Origin: a virus
Taxonomy: Duplodnaviria; Heunggongvirae; Uroviricota; Caudoviricetes
Strand: one strand, 5' to 3'
DNA: 18,658 nucleotides
Virus record (IMG/VR): IMGVR_UViG_3300028453_000031
Shown here: one piece after another, positions 15,945-18,658 of the stretch
Layout: each line of letters opens with the position of its first letter
Position numbering within the stretch: position 1 is the stretch's first letter
Translations under genes and position numbers: made by a program
Notes under the pieces: generated by a model
Database searches by the model: none
Seen by the model: only the letters and a program-made list of their open reading frames with translations
Told to the model about the DNA's origin: nothing

Positions 15945-17003
15945 ATGTTTAATACTGTAAAAATATCCAGTTGTGAGTTGATCAACGCTGACTGCCTGGA
16001 ATTTATCCGGTCGTTACCCGAAAATTCTGTTGACCTGATAGTCACGGACCCGCCGTCCTTTAAAGTGAAGCCTGAGGGCTGGGATAACCAGTGGAAGGGC
16101 GACGATGATTACCTGAAATGGCTGGACCAGTGTCTGGCGCAGTTCTGGCGGGTGCTGAAACCTGCCGGAAGTCTTTACCTGTTCTGTGGCCATCGCCTGG
16201 CATCTGACATTGAAATCATGATGCGAGAACGCTTCAGTGTGCTGAACCATATTATCTGGGCGAAGCCGTCCGGACGCTGGAACGGGTGCAACAAGGAAAG
16301 CCTGAGGGCGTATTTCCCCGCCACAGAGCGCATTCTGTTCGCGGAACATTATCAGGGGCCGTATCGTCCGAAAGATGCCGGGTATGAGGCGAAGGGCAGG
16401 GCACTGAAACAGCATGTGATGACACCGCTGATTGCTTACTTTCGTGATGCGCGTGCTGCCCTGGGGATAACGGCAAAACAGATTGCTGATGCCACAGGAA
16501 AGAAAAACATGGTGTCGCACTGGTTCAGTGCCAGTCAGTGGCAGTTACCGAACGAAAGCGATTATCTGAAATTACAGGTGCTGTTTGCCCGGGTGGCAGA
16601 AGAGAAGCATCAGCGGGGTGAACTGGAAAAGCCCCACCACCAGCTGCTGGAGACGTATACTTCACTGAACCGGCAGTATGCGGAACTGCAGAGTGAATAT
16701 AAGCATCTGCGGCGGTATTTTGGCGTGACGGCGCAGATGCCGTACACGGATGTGTGGACGCATAAACCGGTGCAGTACTATCCCGGGAAACATCCGTGCG
16801 AAAAACCGGCAGAAATGCTGCAGCAGATAATCAGCGCGAGCAGTCGTCCGGGTGACCTGGTTGCAGATTTTTTCATGGGGTCGGGTTCGACAGTCAAAGC
16901 CGCGATGGCGCTGGGGCGGCGTGCAACTGGCGTTGAGCTGGAGACTGAACGTTTTGAGCAGACGGTCAGAGAAGTTCAGGATTTAGTCAGTCAGAACGGA
17001 TGA
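15945..17003 (+). CDS. Orphan DNA methyltransferase, beta-class amino-MTase (N6-adenine or N4-cytosine)
   Basis: Motif IV-like LIVTDPPSF near the N-terminus and motif I FFMGSGST near the C-terminus (beta-class order). No adjacent restriction endonuclease gene. Confidence 0.85.
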   Translation: MFNTVKISSCELINADCLEFIRSLPENSVDLIVTDPPSFKVKPEGWDNQWKGDDDYLKWLDQCLAQFWRVLKPAGSLYLFCGHRLASDIEIMMRERFSVLNHIIWAKPSGRWNGCNKESLRAYFPATERILFAEHYQGPYRPKDAGYEAKGRALKQHVMTPLIAYFRDARAALGITAKQIADATGKKNMVSHWFSASQWQLPNESDYLKLQVLFARVAEEKHQRGELEKPHHQLLETYTSLNRQYAELQSEYKHLRRYFGVTAQMPYTDVWTHKPVQYYPGKHPCEKPAEMLQQIISASSRPGDLVADFFMGSGSTVKAAMALGRRATGVELETERFEQTVREVQDLVSQNG

Positions 17004-17043
17004 TATTGCAGGATTAGTTACGTACCGTTATTATCCTGCGCCC

Positions 17044-17119
17044 GGCCCTTTAGCTCAGTGGTGAGAGCGAGCGACTCATAATCGCCAGGTCGCTGGTTCA
17101 AATCCAGCAAGGGCCACCA
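17044..17119 (+). tRNA. ileZ: tRNA-Ile (anticodon CAU, lysidine type), ileX/ileZ-like
   Basis: 76 nt, 7-bp acceptor stem GGCCCTT/AAGGGCC, anticodon loop CTCATAA, T-loop TTCAAAT, 3' CCA. Near-identical to E. coli tRNA-Ile2 as I recall it. Confidence 0.85.
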
Positions 17120-17128
17120 TATCACATA

Positions 17129-17205
17129 CCGCCATTAGCTCATCGGGATAGAGCGCCAGCCTTCGAAGCTGGCTGCGCGGGGTTCGAGTCCTCGATGGCG
17201 GTCCA
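17129..17205 (+). tRNA. tRNA-Arg (anticodon UCG)
   Basis: 77 nt, acceptor CCGCCAT/ATGGCGG, D-arm GCTC/GAGC, anticodon stem CCAGC/GCTGG with loop CTTCGAA, T-arm CGGGG-TTCGAGT-CCTCG, 3' CCA. Resembles the rare-codon Arg tRNA (argO-like) of Stx phages. Confidence 0.8.
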
Positions 17206-17483
17206 TTATCTGCATTATGCGTTGTTGGTTCTGATGAGTGAATCATTGTCTTTTGAGCAACAGGCTATCATATAAGATAGCCTCAGACTTCCTTGTTTAT
17301 TCTCGCCGGATGCTTCGTAGATATTTGCAGGCATCTGTATGCAGGGGTATTATTGCGGCATATATCATCCGGAAAAATAAAAACTACATGCTGATCCGGA
17401 GATGATAGTTACAAGTCCTCCCGGATCCCGCATATTTACTATATTTTATAGATAATTGTTCTTGTTAATATGGAGATGGATAA

Positions 17484-17912
17484 ATGTATTGCCGTGCTGT
17501 ACCGGTTCTTGTTTTGATATTAGCCAGTCTGACAACTGGCTGCACAAAAGATGTATCGACAAATAATCATGATGCTTCTCTGTATCACTCAGATAAATTA
17601 ATAAAGTCGCAAAATTTGAGCTCATCGGAACGTACCCCTGATGCCAGTGAAGAAATCCGGCAGTATGCCATTCAGGTCAGGAAAGCCATAGAAGAACAGT
17701 TAAAGGATGCGAGTAAGTATTCAGGAAAAGAGTGTTCACTGAGAATGTATATGGCCCCGAATGGTCTTCTGCTACAGGTTAAAAGAGAAAGCGGTGATCC
17801 CGATTTATGTCGTGAAGCGATGAATGCAGTAAAGAATGCTGATATACCATCACCACCGTCTTCAGGAGTATATAAAGCATTTAGAAATGGCGTGCTGGAT
17901 TTTAAACTCTGA
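17484..17912 (+). CDS. Lipoprotein with TolA C-terminal domain (domain III)-like mature region; moron candidate
   Basis: Signal peptide with lipobox LTTGC. Residues ~57-142 (YAIQVRKAIEEQLKDASKYSGKECSLRMYMAPNGLLLQVKRESGDPDLCREAMNAVKNADIPSPPSSGVYKAFRNGVLDFKL) align with the TolA C-terminal domain, including both cysteines. GGAG 8 nt upstream; markedly AT-rich gene and flanks. Confidence 0.8.
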   Translation: MYCRAVPVLVLILASLTTGCTKDVSTNNHDASLYHSDKLIKSQNLSSSERTPDASEEIRQYAIQVRKAIEEQLKDASKYSGKECSLRMYMAPNGLLLQVKRESGDPDLCREAMNAVKNADIPSPPSSGVYKAFRNGVLDFKL

Positions 17913-17942
17913 CAGGGGGAGAAGATTTTCTCCTGTCCTGAT
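17913..17942 (+). terminator. Hairpin after the lipoprotein gene (weak terminator candidate)
   Basis: GACAGGGGGAGAA...TTCTCCTGTC imperfect inverted repeat directly after the stop. Confidence 0.35.
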
Positions 17943-18202
17943 GATTTTGGGGCGCTGGAAAGATATTGTGCTGTGAAGTGTTAAATCCCTCACAATTCAG
18001 TAAGTTGACAGTTGCCTGTCAGACTGAGCATTTGTTAAAAAAATTTCGCATGGTGAATCCCCCTGTGCGGAGGGGCGACTGGTGAACGGTATGATCTCTT
18101 TGATGATCGTAAGCGAGAATACGCGGGTTTGGTGTCACCGGGCTGAACTCACCGGGAGGCACCCGGCACCATGCTCATGGTGATACAGAAATGCGGCTTC
18201 AG

Positions 18203-18228
18203 CCCCTCTCCGGAGGGGCTTTCTTATG
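18203..18228 (+). terminator. Rho-independent terminator (plus strand)
   Basis: GCCCCTC-TCCG-GAGGGGC perfect 7-bp stem followed by TTTCTTAT. Confidence 0.5.
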
Positions 18229-18232
18229 GACA

Positions 18233-18261
18233 AAAAAAGCCCGCGCTGGGAGACGCGGGCG
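18233..18261 (-). terminator. Rho-independent terminator (minus strand)
   Basis: GCCCGCG...CGCGGGC stem preceded on the plus strand by A7, i.e. a U-run on the minus strand. Confidence 0.5.
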
Positions 18262-18382
18262 GCAAGGAATAAACAATAAAACGTGAAGTAATACTTCAAC
18301 TGGCGAATAATACCCGACAGTAATCACTCTGCGCAATAGCGTGGCCTTTTTCGAATTGCGGGCTGTAGTCTCCCTTCTGCCG

Positions 18383-18543
18383 GGTGTCCTGGTTGCAGAT
18401 TTCTTCATGGGGTAGGGTTCGGCAGTTAAAGCAGCGATGGCGCTGGGGCGTCGTGCAACTGGCGTTGAGCTGGATACCGGGCGTTTTGAACAGACTGCGC
18501 AGGAAATCAGGGATGTATTTAGCGGGAGCGCTTTGCAGAAGTA
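18383..18543 (+). pseudogene. Degenerate duplicate of the methyltransferase 3' end (motif I region) with an in-frame stop
   Basis: Aligns to 16851-17003: CTGGTTGCAGATTTCTTCATGGGGTAGGGTTCGGCAGTTAAAGC versus CTGGTTGCAGATTTTTTCATGGGGTCGGGTTCGACAGTCAAAGC. Encodes LVADFFMG*GSAVKAAMALGRRATGVELDTGRFEQT... with TAG replacing TCG. Confidence 0.7.
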
Positions 18544-18658
18544 ATCTCCCAAAATGCCATTTTTGGAATATACTGGTATTAAGTCTTTTTGCTCAGGTTA
18601 ATTCAAAATGGATGTTGCCTGCTCTGTGGTCCTGATTCGCTATCCGATAGATATTTTT

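Larger units (their letters stand above)
587..18658. mobile_element. Lambdoid (Rac-like) prophage, left end through early late region; right end outside window
   Basis: Contiguous phage gene order: int-xis-exo / repressor-cro-like / O-like-DnaC-like / nin-like / Q-like / tRNAs / moron. Integrase reads toward the host flank, as in lambda attL-int. Confidence 0.85.

Noticed and set aside
18199-18635. ORFs 18199..18552 (-) and 18384..18635 (+)
   Set aside because: They overlap the degenerate MTase 3' fragment in other frames or on the opposite strand, and span the terminator hairpins.
17206-18658. Shiga toxin genes or a lysis cassette downstream of the tRNAs
   Set aside because: Looked for stxA/stxB-like or holin/endolysin ORFs at the usual position; only the TolA-III-like lipoprotein ORF and an MTase fragment are present. 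A possible ORF start at 18608 (MDVACSVVLIRYPIDIF...) runs off the window and is too short to assess.
1-18658. CRISPR arrays, IS elements or transposases
   Set aside because: No regularly spaced direct repeats with unique spacers and no transposase-like ORF or terminal inverted repeats; the only tandem repeats are the origin iterons.

Overview
This window reads as the left chromosomal junction and first ~18 kb of a lambdoid, Rac-like prophage in an Escherichia/Shigella-type genome. All calls come from reading and hand-translating the sequence and comparing to protein families from memory; no searches were run. Left to right: a PotC-like permease gene 5' region on the minus strand (1-586) that looks disrupted and chimeric; an AT-rich att arm; a leftward early arm with tyrosine integrase, excisionase, an 818-aa protein with a DnaQ-like exonuclease domain and small genes; an immunity region with a non-cleavable RacR-like repressor flanked by four copies of an ATACCCAYRGGT operator motif, facing YdaS-like and YdaT-like genes; a replication module (O-like initiator with internal iterons, DnaC-like loader); a nin-like region of hypothetical genes, two small hydrophobic peptide ORFs, a hok-type toxin locus, a DUF968-like protein and an internally deleted rusA; a Q-like antiterminator with promoter and terminator candidates; then a late-region cargo block with an orphan beta-class DNA methyltransferase, tRNA-Ile(CAU) and tRNA-Arg(UCG), and an AT-rich lipoprotein gene whose mature part resembles TolA domain III. 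A degenerate second copy of the methyltransferase 3' end follows. The most interesting candidates are the TolA-III-like lipoprotein sitting at the classical toxin/moron position, and a plus-strand coiled-coil/zinc-ribbon ORF pair embedded in the leftward early operon. The right prophage end lies outside the window.
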